The translations under genes and the position numbers were made by a program. Source: an uncultured Desulfospira sp. (GTDB taxonomy: Bacteria > Desulfobacterota > Desulfobacteria > Desulfobacterales > Desulfobacteraceae). Taken from it: a stretch of 64,000 nt of DNA. Below are positions 45,314 to 55,887 of the stretch, one piece after another. How positions within the stretch are numbered: position 1 is the stretch's first letter; every line of letters begins with the position of its first letter. Under the pieces are notes generated by a model that saw only the letters and a list, made by a program, of their open reading frames with translations, was not told the origin of the DNA and did not search any database. The stretch covers positions 2,112,001 through 2,176,000 of the forward strand of contig OY760175.1 of the NCBI GenBank assembly GCA_963663165.1. Direction: 5' to 3'.

Positions 45314-46780
45314 TTATACTATCCCAAGCTTATATAAAAAACCAATTATTCCACCGGTGATCAGAAACGATCCCCAACTTAAAAAACTGACGGCAGTGAC
45401 ACATTTGTTTGAATACCATCCAAACCAGGCGCATCCCGCAAAAAATGGAATCATACAGATTCGATACCTTGGGTGTATCATCAAAGCAGCAAGGCTGACC
45501 GTACAAATGGTCAGCCAAAAGGTGACAACAAAAGGGTACAATTCCTTCTTCAGGTTTTTGGTGGAGTCAAATGTTATCCCCAACACAAGAGGAAACAGCA
45601 GAATATACAGAACTGAAGACAAGGCCTGAAATAACCGCTGCCAGGAGTAGTACATGCCGGCCATTAAATCATCAATTCGAATATGGGGTGTTGGCAACGG
45701 GGCAATTAAATTAACCGCTATTTTAGCCGGTGCCATCAGTAACAGCTCACCGTAACTTTCAGGAATCAGAATTCTTCCAATAGAATTCTGGGTCCACCCT
45801 TCATCATGTTTCTCAAACCAACGGGTATTCAATGGGGATTTGATGAAATGGTGTGCGGCATAAGTGCCAAGGTTGAACTTATGTCCCCCTGTATACTTGG
45901 TCAGATACGGCAGTAAAAATATTGCCGCACTAAAAAAAATAACAAGGCCTGTGCCAATCAAATATTTGACATAGTTTTCCCGTGCAAAGACGGCAGCGCA
46001 GCCGATAATGCCGACGACCATGACCGCATAGGGGGGACGGATAAAACAAAGCAATATAAACGAAGGAACAAAAAAGAACATGTCCGCTGCCCTGAAAGGG
46101 ACCTTTTTCGAAAATAGAAACAGGAAAGGGAGCATTGTAAAGCAAAGCAAAGACATGGTCAAAGTCTCCTTGGAACTTAATACGTCAAACCAGATCACCT
46201 CGGGAATGACCAGAATCAATCCAAGCACCCAGGCTGATCTTCTTCCTTCTTGAATCCGATACCCTGTGTTAAGCACCAAAAGAGCGGCCAACAATGTTGT
46301 CAGGCTGTTAATCAGGAAAGGGGCAACGGGATTGTGTCCGAAAACCTTGAAAATAATCCCAAGGTAAAAAAGGATACCGGTATAGCTTGTGCCAAATGAA
46401 AGCAAACTAAAATTAAAACCGGATTCAACCAACTCCTTTGCCCCCCAGTAGTACCTTGCAGCATCAACCCCCGTTGTGCTGGTGGCCTCCAAAAGTGACG
46501 GCGACCACCCGTATTTTAGCAAAACAAACCCAGCCAGCAGTTTAAATGCGAAAAAATATATTAAATAATACAAGTTCTTATCTTTAATTTCTTTTGCATT
46601 TTTACTAATCAGGTATGTTCCAAAAACTAAAATCGAAACCAACAGGCCGATTGTTCTTAAAACACCTTCATCCGCAAGGCCGACAGTAAATATCACACAG
46701 ACAGCACAGGAAAAACACAAGACGACGCCTGCCTGAGTCATACGGGACAACTCTTTTATTTTCTTGTTTGTTTTAACCAA
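45314..46780 (-). CDS. Multi-pass membrane protein, candidate Wzy polymerase / GT-C
   Basis: About 10-12 hydrophobic segments, D..RY in the first loop, and KE and RYR motifs. Lies close to wzx. Confidence 0.6.
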   Translation of the reverse strand: MVKTNKKIKELSRMTQAGVVLCFSCAVCVIFTVGLADEGVLRTIGLLVSILVFGTYLISKNAKEIKDKNLYYLIYFFAFKLLAGFVLLKYGWSPSLLEATSTTGVDAARYYWGAKELVESGFNFSLLSFGTSYTGILFYLGIIFKVFGHNPVAPFLINSLTTLLAALLVLNTGYRIQEGRRSAWVLGLILVIPEVIWFDVLSSKETLTMSLLCFTMLPFLFLFSKKVPFRAADMFFFVPSFILLCFIRPPYAVMVVGIIGCAAVFARENYVKYLIGTGLVIFFSAAIFLLPYLTKYTGGHKFNLGTYAAHHFIKSPLNTRWFEKHDEGWTQNSIGRILIPESYGELLLMAPAKIAVNLIAPLPTPHIRIDDLMAGMYYSWQRLFQALSSVLYILLFPLVLGITFDSTKNLKKELYPFVVTFWLTICTVSLAALMIHPRYRICMIPFFAGCAWFGWYSNKCVTAVSFLSWGSFLITGGIIGFLYKLGIV

Positions 46781-46799
46781 AGCCTTAACCCTTCTGTCC

Positions 46800-47339
46800 C
46801 TATCTGTACCGAATCAGCTTCGCGGGATTCCCTGCAAAAACAGCATACTCAGGCACGTCTTTCACAACGATGCTGCCAGCACCGATAACGGCTCCGGTTC
46901 CGATTCTGACGCCTCCTGCAATAACACTGTTTGCTCCAATCCAGACATCAGACCCTATATTAACCGGCATCTCTGATTCAGAAGGCTGAAACACCATTGG
47001 GATGCCGTTTCGCGCCATACCGTGAGTGCCTCCGGCTATGACAACATTTGGTGCCACCATGATATCATTTCCCATGCTGACATTCCCCATCACATGAGCC
47101 CCTGAACCGATCCTCACATTTTTCCCAAGGATTATGTGCGTCCCCCCCACAGAACTGCATTGCCTTATAATGCAGGACGGACCAATGACCAGGTTGCGCT
47201 TGTTCCTGATTCTGGCAAAGGGAGATATATAAGCCATGGGAGAAAGCTTTTTGTAAAAGCTAAAAAACAGCAAAAAATAAACCATGCAGTACCCATAACT
47301 GATCAGTCGGTTTACACGGCTAATCCAAAGATTCCCCAT
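46800..47339 (-). CDS. Hexapeptide-repeat O-acyltransferase
   Basis: [28 protein letters not shown]...GNPAK. Confidence 0.9.
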   Translation of the reverse strand: MGNLWISRVNRLISYGYCMVYFLLFFSFYKKLSPMAYISPFARIRNKRNLVIGPSCIIRQCSSVGGTHIILGKNVRIGSGAHVMGNVSMGNDIMVAPNVVIAGGTHGMARNGIPMVFQPSESEMPVNIGSDVWIGANSVIAGGVRIGTGAVIGAGSIVVKDVPEYAVFAGNPAKLIRYR

Positions 47340-48153
47340 AGCCTAATTCCCCTATCAAACCGGATAACTGAGATGATACAAATTCTTGCTGATGTCGGTT
47401 GAAAACCTTTCGCCATTGACCGATCTGCCCTTTATGAAAAGTTTGGGAATGAACATCAAAGACCTGTCTGGCAACACGGCAAATATCATCTAAACACTGT
47501 TCTATTTCAAGGAACTGCTGCACCTCTTTAATGGTCTGCAATTGCATGTCATCGGATCCTCCACCCTTAGCCCCAATCAACTTTTCAAACGTTGTGGCGT
47601 ATACCCGTGGTTCATTAAGCCAGCCCATTCCGTTTTTTATTCGTTCTGTAATCGGCGAATAAACCAGGTTCCCTTTTTGATTTTTTTTAAAGCAGGCCGA
47701 AATGGCATCATCCATATCCTTGCTGTCATATTCCTCAAAAAATGAATAATTTTTATATTTTTTCTGATAATTGATATAAGAAATTAAAACATCTCTCGGA
47801 TCCCTTGTAATATGGATAACTTTAACGTCAAGATGCTCAAAAAACTCATAAAGTGCCGTGCTGTATGGAAGGTGGGCACTGACGAATGAATTGTCTGGAA
47901 TCTCATTTATATACCGACTGAGCCATTTTTGATTGATACAATTTTCAGGGACGTCAAGGTCAATCCAGAGGCCATTTTCTCCTTTTCGGGGACGCCGTAA
48001 TTTTTTTTTAAAATTACGAAACGGATTTCTGCTGGTTTCCCGCAGCAGGGCGCCTGTCAATCCCGGTTCTTTTTCGCAAAACCCCAAACAGGAAAGCAGT
48101 CTGCCCAGCAGATGGGTGCCAGATTTAGGCAGAGAGTTTGCCACAACTTTCAT
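47320..48153 (-). CDS. Sulfotransferase (family 1-like)
   Basis: [19 protein letters not shown] and [10 protein letters not shown] motifs. Confidence 0.88.
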   Translation of the reverse strand: MKVVANSLPKSGTHLLGRLLSCLGFCEKEPGLTGALLRETSRNPFRNFKKKLRRPRKGENGLWIDLDVPENCINQKWLSRYINEIPDNSFVSAHLPYSTALYEFFEHLDVKVIHITRDPRDVLISYINYQKKYKNYSFFEEYDSKDMDDAISACFKKNQKGNLVYSPITERIKNGMGWLNEPRVYATTFEKLIGAKGGGSDDMQLQTIKEVQQFLEIEQCLDDICRVARQVFDVHSQTFHKGQIGQWRKVFNRHQQEFVSSQLSGLIGELGYGESLD

Positions 48154-49583
48154 TTTCCACCTGAAAACATGCTAAAAAAACGCCTTGCCAATCTTGGATC
48201 AAGCAGGACGAGCAAAAAGAAATTAACAAAAACAGATGCACAGGCACCCGCACCCAATATAACCAAATCCGGGCCATAATCCATGAACCGGTATAAGGTA
48301 GACAAGATGAATATTGAAAGCAGCATCACAAGTGTCAGCATTAAATTACTCTTTATAATTTTACCCTTGTCCATCCGCCAATCCCTTAACATTGTATGAG
48401 ACAGTACCGCAAACCAATAGAACAATGAGAAAAGTGAAAGGCCGATAATATAATTTCGCACGGAATGTGTCCCCAAAAAGACAACCAGGGGGAAAGCAAC
48501 ACCGGGAATAATATATCCGATAATGTACCGGCTTGTCCGGCTGACTTTCTCCCGGTCAATATGATAGATGGTCATCAATCCCTGAAAAACCCGTGCCAAC
48601 CCATACAGTCCCGCCCATTGAAGCATCCATCCCATGGATACCCATTGTGCCCCCATCAAAAACGGCAATATTTTGTGACCATAAGCCATTAAAAAAAGGC
48701 ACGGCGAGCCGGCAAGCAAGAAAACAATCCAGTTTAACAACAAATAATCATCCAGTTTGGTTTCCTGTTTTTTCCCGGCAAGATAAGACAATGCCGGTGT
48801 GGTCAATGCCGTACGAATATTGCCGTCGGGCATTTGTGCAAGCTGCTGGCAACGGGTATAACCGCCCAATTCGGAAAGCAGACCAACTTTTCCTAAAATC
48901 AGTTTATCAACAGCATTGACCCAGCCCGATAAAATTCGAGACAATACAATTTGCAGGCCGAACCGAATTTCTTTTCCGTACAGGTAAAGTGCTCTGGGTT
49001 TAACCAAGCGAAACATTTGTCTGGAAAACACGGCAAAAAGAAAAAACCTTAGCACAGATTCAAATACAGCCCGCCAGACCAATGCCCAGATTCCAAACCC
49101 GAGCCACGCCAGGGACACAGCCAAGGCCCCGCCGAGACACACAACAGCTGTTTGAACCATTACAATCCGGTCAAATCTTTTTGCCCGGCCTAAGACAGCC
49201 TGGGGTTGCCCACTCAATGCCGTAAAAATAATAGATATTGAAAACAAGGTCATCAACGCCCCAAGTTGGTCTGCTTTATATAACCAAGATGCTGCAGGTG
49301 CCAGTGCAATGAACAACAACGCCATTAATACCCCGATCAAAAAGTTGACCGTAAAAAAAGCATTTGAAACTTCTTCATCAGTTTTATCCAACTTTAAATA
49401 AACCGGCAGCAATCCCATATCCAGTATCGGCCGAACAAAAGCCTGGGCAGCCATAACCAAACCAAATAGTCCAAACTCTTCCGGGGAAAGCAATCGGCCT
49501 AAAGCTGCGAGGATCGCAAAAGTTACCAGGACATGCACGGCCTGGCCAGAAAGCGTCCATGCCCCACTTTTCCATGCCTTCAT
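48150..49583 (-). CDS. wzx: Wzx-type oligosaccharide flippase
   Basis: LGRLLSPEEFGL, GFGIWALV and DKLILGK motifs, with many TM helices. Confidence 0.88.
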   Translation of the reverse strand: MKAWKSGAWTLSGQAVHVLVTFAILAALGRLLSPEEFGLFGLVMAAQAFVRPILDMGLLPVYLKLDKTDEEVSNAFFTVNFLIGVLMALLFIALAPAASWLYKADQLGALMTLFSISIIFTALSGQPQAVLGRAKRFDRIVMVQTAVVCLGGALAVSLAWLGFGIWALVWRAVFESVLRFFLFAVFSRQMFRLVKPRALYLYGKEIRFGLQIVLSRILSGWVNAVDKLILGKVGLLSELGGYTRCQQLAQMPDGNIRTALTTPALSYLAGKKQETKLDDYLLLNWIVFLLAGSPCLFLMAYGHKILPFLMGAQWVSMGWMLQWAGLYGLARVFQGLMTIYHIDREKVSRTSRYIIGYIIPGVAFPLVVFLGTHSVRNYIIGLSLFSLFYWFAVLSHTMLRDWRMDKGKIIKSNLMLTLVMLLSIFILSTLYRFMDYGPDLVILGAGACASVFVNFFLLVLLDPRLARRFFSMFSGGK

Positions 49584-49595
49584 CCTACGACTTCA

Positions 49596-51983
49596 TTACA
49601 ATATAAACAAAGAATTCCCAGTTCTCCCATTACTTATGGGTTGAAAAATTAACCTCGAACTTTTATTGCGATAACTATTGAGTCCCCATAATAGGCATAC
49701 TATTGCTGTCACGATACAGACGGCCAATCCAATGTAAAAAGGGACCAATTCATATCTAAATTCTATCAAATGTGTTCCATCCGAAATTGCAACGGCTCTG
49801 AATGCACCGTTTGCGCGCAACAAATTTCTTTTTTTGCCGTCCACTTCAACCTGCCAGTATTTATCCCAAATCTCCGGGATGAAAAGAATTCCGCTTGTTT
49901 GGGCATGAATTTTAATGGCCAGTTTATGGGCCTGAGTCTCCAGTTCAAGCAAGGTTAATTTCCCCATCCCGGTGTTGTCTTTTTGTGGACTAAATTCTTT
50001 GCCCACTGTTCTATCAATATATACTCTATTGCTAAATTTATACTCACTATTGCGGATCTTCGCTAATATCTCTTTGTCATTATCAATAATTTCCCAGTCC
50101 GTGAATAATCTTAACCCAGATTCCCAACTGGTTTTTCTCCACAGATTCAATCCAGCACTCGTTTCAACCAGGGACCAAGCCGGGCTTTGAAGTAAAAACG
50201 GATCATGTTTTGATTTGGCATCCGTTATGAGATATTTGATGTTCATCATATTGACTGCCTCATAATTCCACAACTCAACTTTTGGAACTCTCGTCCAGTG
50301 GGGACGGACTTTAAGAGATTTTTCCCGGATATTAAACAGGGCGCAATGCACATTTCTTAATTCATCCGGGAAATAATACACCATGCAATTCCAAAAACGT
50401 TTTTCAGGCAAGCCGATAACATATTGCAATCTAGTTTCATTTTTCAAGTCATGTAACTGGACCATTGAATAATAGCTGTCATCATTCTTAATGTGTTCAA
50501 GCAGACTGCCTTTGAAGTCTGAAATATTACTTGCTCTCCGAGATAACGGATATTTTGATTCAGGGCTGAAAAAAATCATACTGATGACAATAAGCCCAAC
50601 GAAAACTGTTGCGAGATATTTTATATTTAATAAACCAACTGGTAAGACTGCCATAATAACACAAAGCCAGAATTCCCATTTTCCTAAAGCGCCGGAATTG
50701 AGTACATAGCTTTTACTGATGAATTTTGGGAAACTAAAACCTGCCCAGACAAAATCTATCCCCAAAGAAAGGCAAATGATAAAAACAGCACCAGTTAAAG
50801 GGATAAAAGAACTGAGCCGATCGAAGCGTATTCTGTTCCTGCTTAAAAGGTCATATCCCATGCCGGCCAAAATGCATAAAGCAAGAACTAAGTTGAACTG
50901 AAACGGGAACCCCCACCGGATATTTCTAACCAGAGGCATTGTTTCAAAAAAGGCAACCATCAAAGAAAAAGGGTAGGCTTCATTCAGCAGCACCGCCAGA
51001 TTCAAAAAAAGAAGGCATATCCAGGGCCATATTTTGTAATCTTTGTCAGCCTGCTTTGTACTCCAAGTCAAAACGGATATCAAAGGGATTAAAAGAGGAG
51101 AGATAAAGGGGAAGCTTTTGGTAACATTCATTGCATGATCGTCTAAAAAGAAACAACTTAAAAAGGAACCGGGTATTTGGGGTAAATAATTATGCAATTT
51201 CCCATACCCTTGGACTCCGTTTGAAGACACAACAGAAGCTATCGAATAATCGAACATGGGTAGTAACAAGGGCATAATAAATAAGGCACTAAGCAAATAC
51301 AGAATTATATTCTGTAAAAGGGTTTGAAAAATGCTTTTGAAAAAATTACCTTTTATAACTTGATTCAGAGAAACACCCACCAGAAAAAAAACAAGTGCGA
51401 TCACTACAATGCCGTAGTACACACAGATGTACCAAGCCCCTGAAATTAAAACACTTGAAAATATAAAAGACCGCTTTGATGTTGTTTTCAAAAACCGTAT
51501 GTAACAATAAAGGGCTGCCAGTATTAAGGCATATCCGACAATTGCGTTTATTCTTCCCGTATTAAAATATTCCCAAACAAGGTACGAAGAAGAGAACAAA
51601 AAACCTGTTATGGCAGATGCTGTTTTAGACAAAGACAACTCCACAGCAAGGCAATAGCACATAAAAGAAATGGCTAAGATAGAACATACCAGCAAGCAGT
51701 TTATGCCAAAATTTCTTAATTCAGGGGCACCCTGCATTGGAATCAAACGGCCTACCCACCCAAAATGTTCAGAGCTTGCAAGCAGTGGTACACCCCCGCC
51801 GCGATATGGATTCCATAAAGGAAATACTTCTTTCATACAGGTTTCAGAAAGAGCTTTAGGGTAAATCCTTCTCCCGTCCCCACCAGGCGTAGTTTTTACA
51901 GAAATATATCCGGCATAGAACATTATGACACCAATGAACATCAATATGACCGGCCACCAAGGGCTATTTTGTAAACGGATCAT
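49596..51983 (-). CDS. YfhO-family GT-C membrane glycosyltransferase
   Basis: PLWNPY..GG.PL, many TM helices, and C-terminal WQVEVDGK...ANGAFRAV...GTH.IEFRY. Confidence 0.82.
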   Translation of the reverse strand: MIRLQNSPWWPVILMFIGVIMFYAGYISVKTTPGGDGRRIYPKALSETCMKEVFPLWNPYRGGGVPLLASSEHFGWVGRLIPMQGAPELRNFGINCLLVCSILAISFMCYCLAVELSLSKTASAITGFLFSSSYLVWEYFNTGRINAIVGYALILAALYCYIRFLKTTSKRSFIFSSVLISGAWYICVYYGIVVIALVFFLVGVSLNQVIKGNFFKSIFQTLLQNIILYLLSALFIMPLLLPMFDYSIASVVSSNGVQGYGKLHNYLPQIPGSFLSCFFLDDHAMNVTKSFPFISPLLIPLISVLTWSTKQADKDYKIWPWICLLFLNLAVLLNEAYPFSLMVAFFETMPLVRNIRWGFPFQFNLVLALCILAGMGYDLLSRNRIRFDRLSSFIPLTGAVFIICLSLGIDFVWAGFSFPKFISKSYVLNSGALGKWEFWLCVIMAVLPVGLLNIKYLATVFVGLIVISMIFFSPESKYPLSRRASNISDFKGSLLEHIKNDDSYYSMVQLHDLKNETRLQYVIGLPEKRFWNCMVYYFPDELRNVHCALFNIREKSLKVRPHWTRVPKVELWNYEAVNMMNIKYLITDAKSKHDPFLLQSPAWSLVETSAGLNLWRKTSWESGLRLFTDWEIIDNDKEILAKIRNSEYKFSNRVYIDRTVGKEFSPQKDNTGMGKLTLLELETQAHKLAIKIHAQTSGILFIPEIWDKYWQVEVDGKKRNLLRANGAFRAVAISDGTHLIEFRYELVPFYIGLAVCIVTAIVCLLWGLNSYRNKSSRLIFQPISNGRTGNSLFIL

Positions 51984-52252
51984 TTGCAGAAAATAATATT
52001 GATTATTTTTAAGCAGTTAGAAGAACTCAAACAAATTAGCTTTTTGAGGAAAACGCAGAATGTAAATTTATTACATTCAAAAAATTAGAAATGGGCCTAC
52101 TCCACAATTCAGAAAAATTTTTCATATACCTGTGGGCATTAGGTCCCATACTGAATATTGAATCCAAAATCGAAACGTAATGATCAAATGTTGGATACTG
52201 TTGGCTATAATTTATATCAGAAATTTTTTGCCCAAAAAATCTTTAGCCGTTC

Positions 52253-52897
52253 TTATTTCACACACCTTATTTGAAGAATCGTGTAAGGAAGTCTTAGGGT
52301 ATCATGTAAAATTTCTTCTTTCATATTGGAAAAATATTGCGTTGCAAGTTGTCTGTAACCATCCACTGTTCGAACGGCTTTGCCTCGATCTTTTGATATA
52401 AGCCATCTTGCAAACCAGTGTTGTTTTTCAATATATACATTGTCGTAGGTAATCAATGCCCCGCCAGGCTTCAAAACTTTATATGCCGTTTTAAACAAAT
52501 TACCAGCTTCACTGTCGGTTAAATGATGAAGAATACCGACGGCAAGAACCATGTCATAATAGTCTTCTTTAGTTATTGTAGTATTACTAACTGTTTCACA
52601 AAAGAATTTACAATAATTGCGATTTTCCCATCGTTTTCTTGCAAACTCGATATAACATTTGTTCATATCAAAACCGCTATATTCACCAATATCATTCGGT
52701 AAATCAGATATTAGTCTTCCGATCCCACACCCGATATCTAAAATTTTACACCCTGGAAACGGTTTAACAAAATCAGAAACAAATCTGGCTGTGTTCCCTT
52801 TTTTGGCAATAATACTACTAAAAATATTGTAGAAAAAAGGGTTTGAAAGAATTGATTTAAAGCCTATCTCATGGTGAGCTGTTTCTTTATTTTTCAT
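52253..52897 (-). CDS. Class I SAM-dependent methyltransferase
   Basis: ILDIGCGIG, GILHHL and LKPGG motifs. Confidence 0.88.
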   Translation of the reverse strand: MKNKETAHHEIGFKSILSNPFFYNIFSSIIAKKGNTARFVSDFVKPFPGCKILDIGCGIGRLISDLPNDIGEYSGFDMNKCYIEFARKRWENRNYCKFFCETVSNTTITKEDYYDMVLAVGILHHLTDSEAGNLFKTAYKVLKPGGALITYDNVYIEKQHWFARWLISKDRGKAVRTVDGYRQLATQYFSNMKEEILHDTLRLPYTILQIRCVK

Positions 52898-52988
52898 TTA
52901 CACCCTTTCTTGGACAAATTCTTGGACAGAAAAAACAACAAGGTACGCCGCTAAAACTATCGCAGGAAAATGTAATTGAAGTCTATTA

Positions 52989-54125
52989 TCAACGGGAGCT
53001 ATAAAACATTTTAATCTCATCAGTAACCCGGAGTATCTCATCATCTTGCATTGCGTAAAAAAGCGGGAGCCGCAGAACCCTTCCACTTAAGTCCATTGTA
53101 TGTTGCAAATTTCCATAAGCCCGGCCGAATTTCCTGCCGGCCGGCGAGGAGTGTAAAGGCACATAATGAAAAAGTGCATTAATATCTCTATCTTGCAAAT
53201 ACTCAATGAGATATGATCTTTCTTTTTCAGATGCTGTTAAAATATAAAAAATATGACCGTTTGAAGTATCAGTTTTATTCTGCCAGGGCAAACCAATCCT
53301 ATTTTGTTGAGAAAGCGGCGTAAGTAACTCAATATACTTATTAAATATTCTCTGTCTTTTTTCTACAATCATCTGCCCCATTTCAAACTGGGCGTGCAAA
53401 AAGGCGGCAATAATTTCACCGGGCAGATAGGAGGAACCGATATCAACCCATGTATATTTATCCACTATGCCTCTGGAAAATTTTTTTCGGTCTGTTCCCT
53501 TTTCCCACAAGATTTCGGCTCTTTCAACGAAACGTTCACTGTTTAGTAAAATGGCCCCGCCTTCTCCACTGATAATATTTTTCGTTTCATGAAAACTTAA
53601 TGTACCGATATCACCAATAGTGCCAAGATGCTGGTCTTCATATTTTGAAAAAAGGGCTTGGGCGGCATCTTCTACAACAAACAGATGCCTCCTTCGGGCA
53701 ATTTCACAAATTATGTCCATCTCACAAGGTATCCCGGCATAATGAACCGGAACAACGGCTTTTGTCCGATCTGTGATAGCGGCTTCAATTAATTTTTCAT
53801 CGATATTGAGCGTATCCGGCCGGATATCGATAAAAACAGGCACCCCTCCACGAAGGACAAAAGCATTGGCAGTTGATACAAATGTAAAGGAAGGCATGAT
53901 TACTTCATCCCCCGGTTGGATATCACAAAGAATCGCCGCCATTTCTAAAGCAGCCGTGCAAGAATGGGTTAATAGCGCCTTGTGACAGCCTGTCATCTTT
54001 TGCAGCCATTCATGACATTTTTTTGTATAAACCCCATCGCCTGAAAGCTGTTTATACTCAATTACTGCCCGGGAAATATTAAATAATTCTTTTCCCACAA
54101 TGAATGGTTTATTGTATGGTATCAT
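52989..54125 (-). CDS. rffA: dTDP-4-amino-4,6-dideoxygalactose transaminase (RffA/WecE family)
   Basis: MIPYNKP, SCTAALEMAA, SFTFVSTANAF, SFHETKN..SGEGG, VDKYTWVD.GSSY and FHYVPLH motifs. Confidence 0.92.
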   Translation of the reverse strand: MIPYNKPFIVGKELFNISRAVIEYKQLSGDGVYTKKCHEWLQKMTGCHKALLTHSCTAALEMAAILCDIQPGDEVIMPSFTFVSTANAFVLRGGVPVFIDIRPDTLNIDEKLIEAAITDRTKAVVPVHYAGIPCEMDIICEIARRRHLFVVEDAAQALFSKYEDQHLGTIGDIGTLSFHETKNIISGEGGAILLNSERFVERAEILWEKGTDRKKFSRGIVDKYTWVDIGSSYLPGEIIAAFLHAQFEMGQMIVEKRQRIFNKYIELLTPLSQQNRIGLPWQNKTDTSNGHIFYILTASEKERSYLIEYLQDRDINALFHYVPLHSSPAGRKFGRAYGNLQHTMDLSGRVLRLPLFYAMQDDEILRVTDEIKMFYSSR

Positions 54126-54936
54126 TTTTTTCTGCCACCAGTATGATGCTTCCTCCGGGTACTTTTGATACCCACTGGTCAAGTTTATTTTCCAACCGGC
54201 ACAGCCGGAAAAGCAAGCTATTTAAAAACGGGTTGATACGAATTTCTCTCTCACCCATTTCCTCTTTTGAAACAGGGCTGCGGTCATCCGGTTCTATAAA
54301 ATGCCGCAGAAGAAGCAGCGGGAAAATGGCTGAAAAAAAATAACTGCCATGTAAAACACAAAAACCCGCCTTTTCCACCACTTTAGTTAATCCTCCCAGT
54401 GTGTAGCGGCGTTTATGACCATAAGCATCCCCTCTGTTCCAAAGGAAGTTGAGCGCTGGGACAGTCAAAACAATCCTTCCGCAAGGTTTTAACATAGAAG
54501 AGCACTTCCGCAAGGCTAATATATCATCATCAATATGCTCCAAGACATCAAACATGCCAATACCGTCAAAATGCTGGTAAAATGGAGGATCAAACAAATC
54601 GAACTGATAGCATTTTGAAATGCCGTATTCCTGAGCATACTGCAATCCACGCAGATGCATTTCCCCTGCAGCAATATTATACCCCGCCTGGGAAAGAAAA
54701 TGAGAAACATTACCTGTCCCGGCACCAATCTCAATAATATCCCCATTGGGATTAATATATTGATTAAAAACAGACAGTATCTTTTCTTTCCGAATTAAAA
54801 ACCAAAAATGTCTATCTTCGACAGAATAGTTTATATCCAACCAAGAAACATTGTAATCTTCACAATCATCTTCAACCGACGGACTAAAAAGAAATATTCC
54901 GTTTTCTGTTGTTATTTGTTTTCTTAATAAAACCAC
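54109..54936 (-). CDS. Class I SAM-dependent methyltransferase
   Basis: HFWF..R, IEIGAGTG, FDVLEHI and HKRRY motifs. Confidence 0.87.
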   Translation of the reverse strand: MVLLRKQITTENGIFLFSPSVEDDCEDYNVSWLDINYSVEDRHFWFLIRKEKILSVFNQYINPNGDIIEIGAGTGNVSHFLSQAGYNIAAGEMHLRGLQYAQEYGISKCYQFDLFDPPFYQHFDGIGMFDVLEHIDDDILALRKCSSMLKPCGRIVLTVPALNFLWNRGDAYGHKRRYTLGGLTKVVEKAGFCVLHGSYFFSAIFPLLLLRHFIEPDDRSPVSKEEMGEREIRINPFLNSLLFRLCRLENKLDQWVSKVPGGSIILVAEKNDTIQ

Positions 54937-55056
54937 ACTGATTATTATTCTATGTTAACAGATTCATCAAAATCCAAGATCATTGAGAATGATTCTATCC
55001 TCGGCCCGGATTGCGAAACATTGAAATCAAAGCAACCGTCCGCCTTGGTCTTATGC

Positions 55057-55371
55057 TTAGCGGATAAAAATATTAATACCGACCAGCACTAAAACCAATC
55101 CAAGCCATCCGATTTTTGTAAATTTTTCTTTAAAAAAAATAGCTGAAGAAACGATAACAAGACCATAATTTATGCTCATAACAATAACGAACGATTTTAA
55201 ATCTATTATCGATAAAACAAGATACGAAAAAAAAGTCGTCAGCACAAAAAGGGAATACCCCAAGAGGGTGTATTTATTTAAATAAACACTTTCCCTGCCT
55301 GCACCTATTTTTAATAAGAGGTTGGCTGCTGTCGACAAAACAATAGCAATGCCAGCATACACATATATCAT
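55057..55371 (-). CDS. SMR/EamA small membrane protein (ArnE/F-like flippase subunit)
   Basis: 104 aa with four hydrophobic helices, ANLLLK and FFKEK...GL.LV..G. Confidence 0.8.
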   Translation of the reverse strand: MIYVYAGIAIVLSTAANLLLKIGAGRESVYLNKYTLLGYSLFVLTTFFSYLVLSIIDLKSFVIVMSINYGLVIVSSAIFFKEKFTKIGWLGLVLVLVGINIFIR

Positions 55372-55699
55372 ATTTTACCATGATTTATTGAAATCAATAT
55401 CAATCCGGAAATCATCACAGCGAGGCCGACAACATTATTGATGGTAATCTTTTCGTCAAAAAGCAACCATCCATAAATAAGAACAACCGGCTGAACCAGA
55501 GGTAAAAAAGGATATACTAAGCTCAAAGGAGCCCTTTTTAGAGCTTGTTGATATGACAATGCGCCAAAAAACGAAAAAATATAAGTTGAACAAAATATCA
55601 GCAATGCCCCTATGCCTGAAAAAAAAAAGATATTTTGATTAACAGAAAAGGAATTGATTGCAGGACAATTGTCACTATAATCAAACCAAAAACAAGCAT
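55368..55699 (-). pseudogene. SMR/EamA (ArnE/F-like) subunit frameshifted at a 10-nt homopolymer
   Basis: ATG 55699 gives MLVFGLIIVTIVLQSIPFLLIKIS. After the T10 tract (A at 55619-55628) the sequence continues in another frame as ...LKRAPLSLVYP...LFDEKIT. Adding one base gives 110 aa. Confidence 0.8.
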
Positions 55700-55887
55700 A
55701 TTTTTTCTCAGTATCAAGTGAATTTTGCAGAAACTTATTGAAAAAACTCTCTATTATTTGTTTTCAGTAACGACGGCCAAGCTCTGGATCAAGCCAAAAC
55801 AATCCGGCTTACCCTCTAATATCCCTTGTTCTTTATTTTATTCGTTTGAACGACACCGTATTGTAACCACATCATTAAAAGTGGTTA

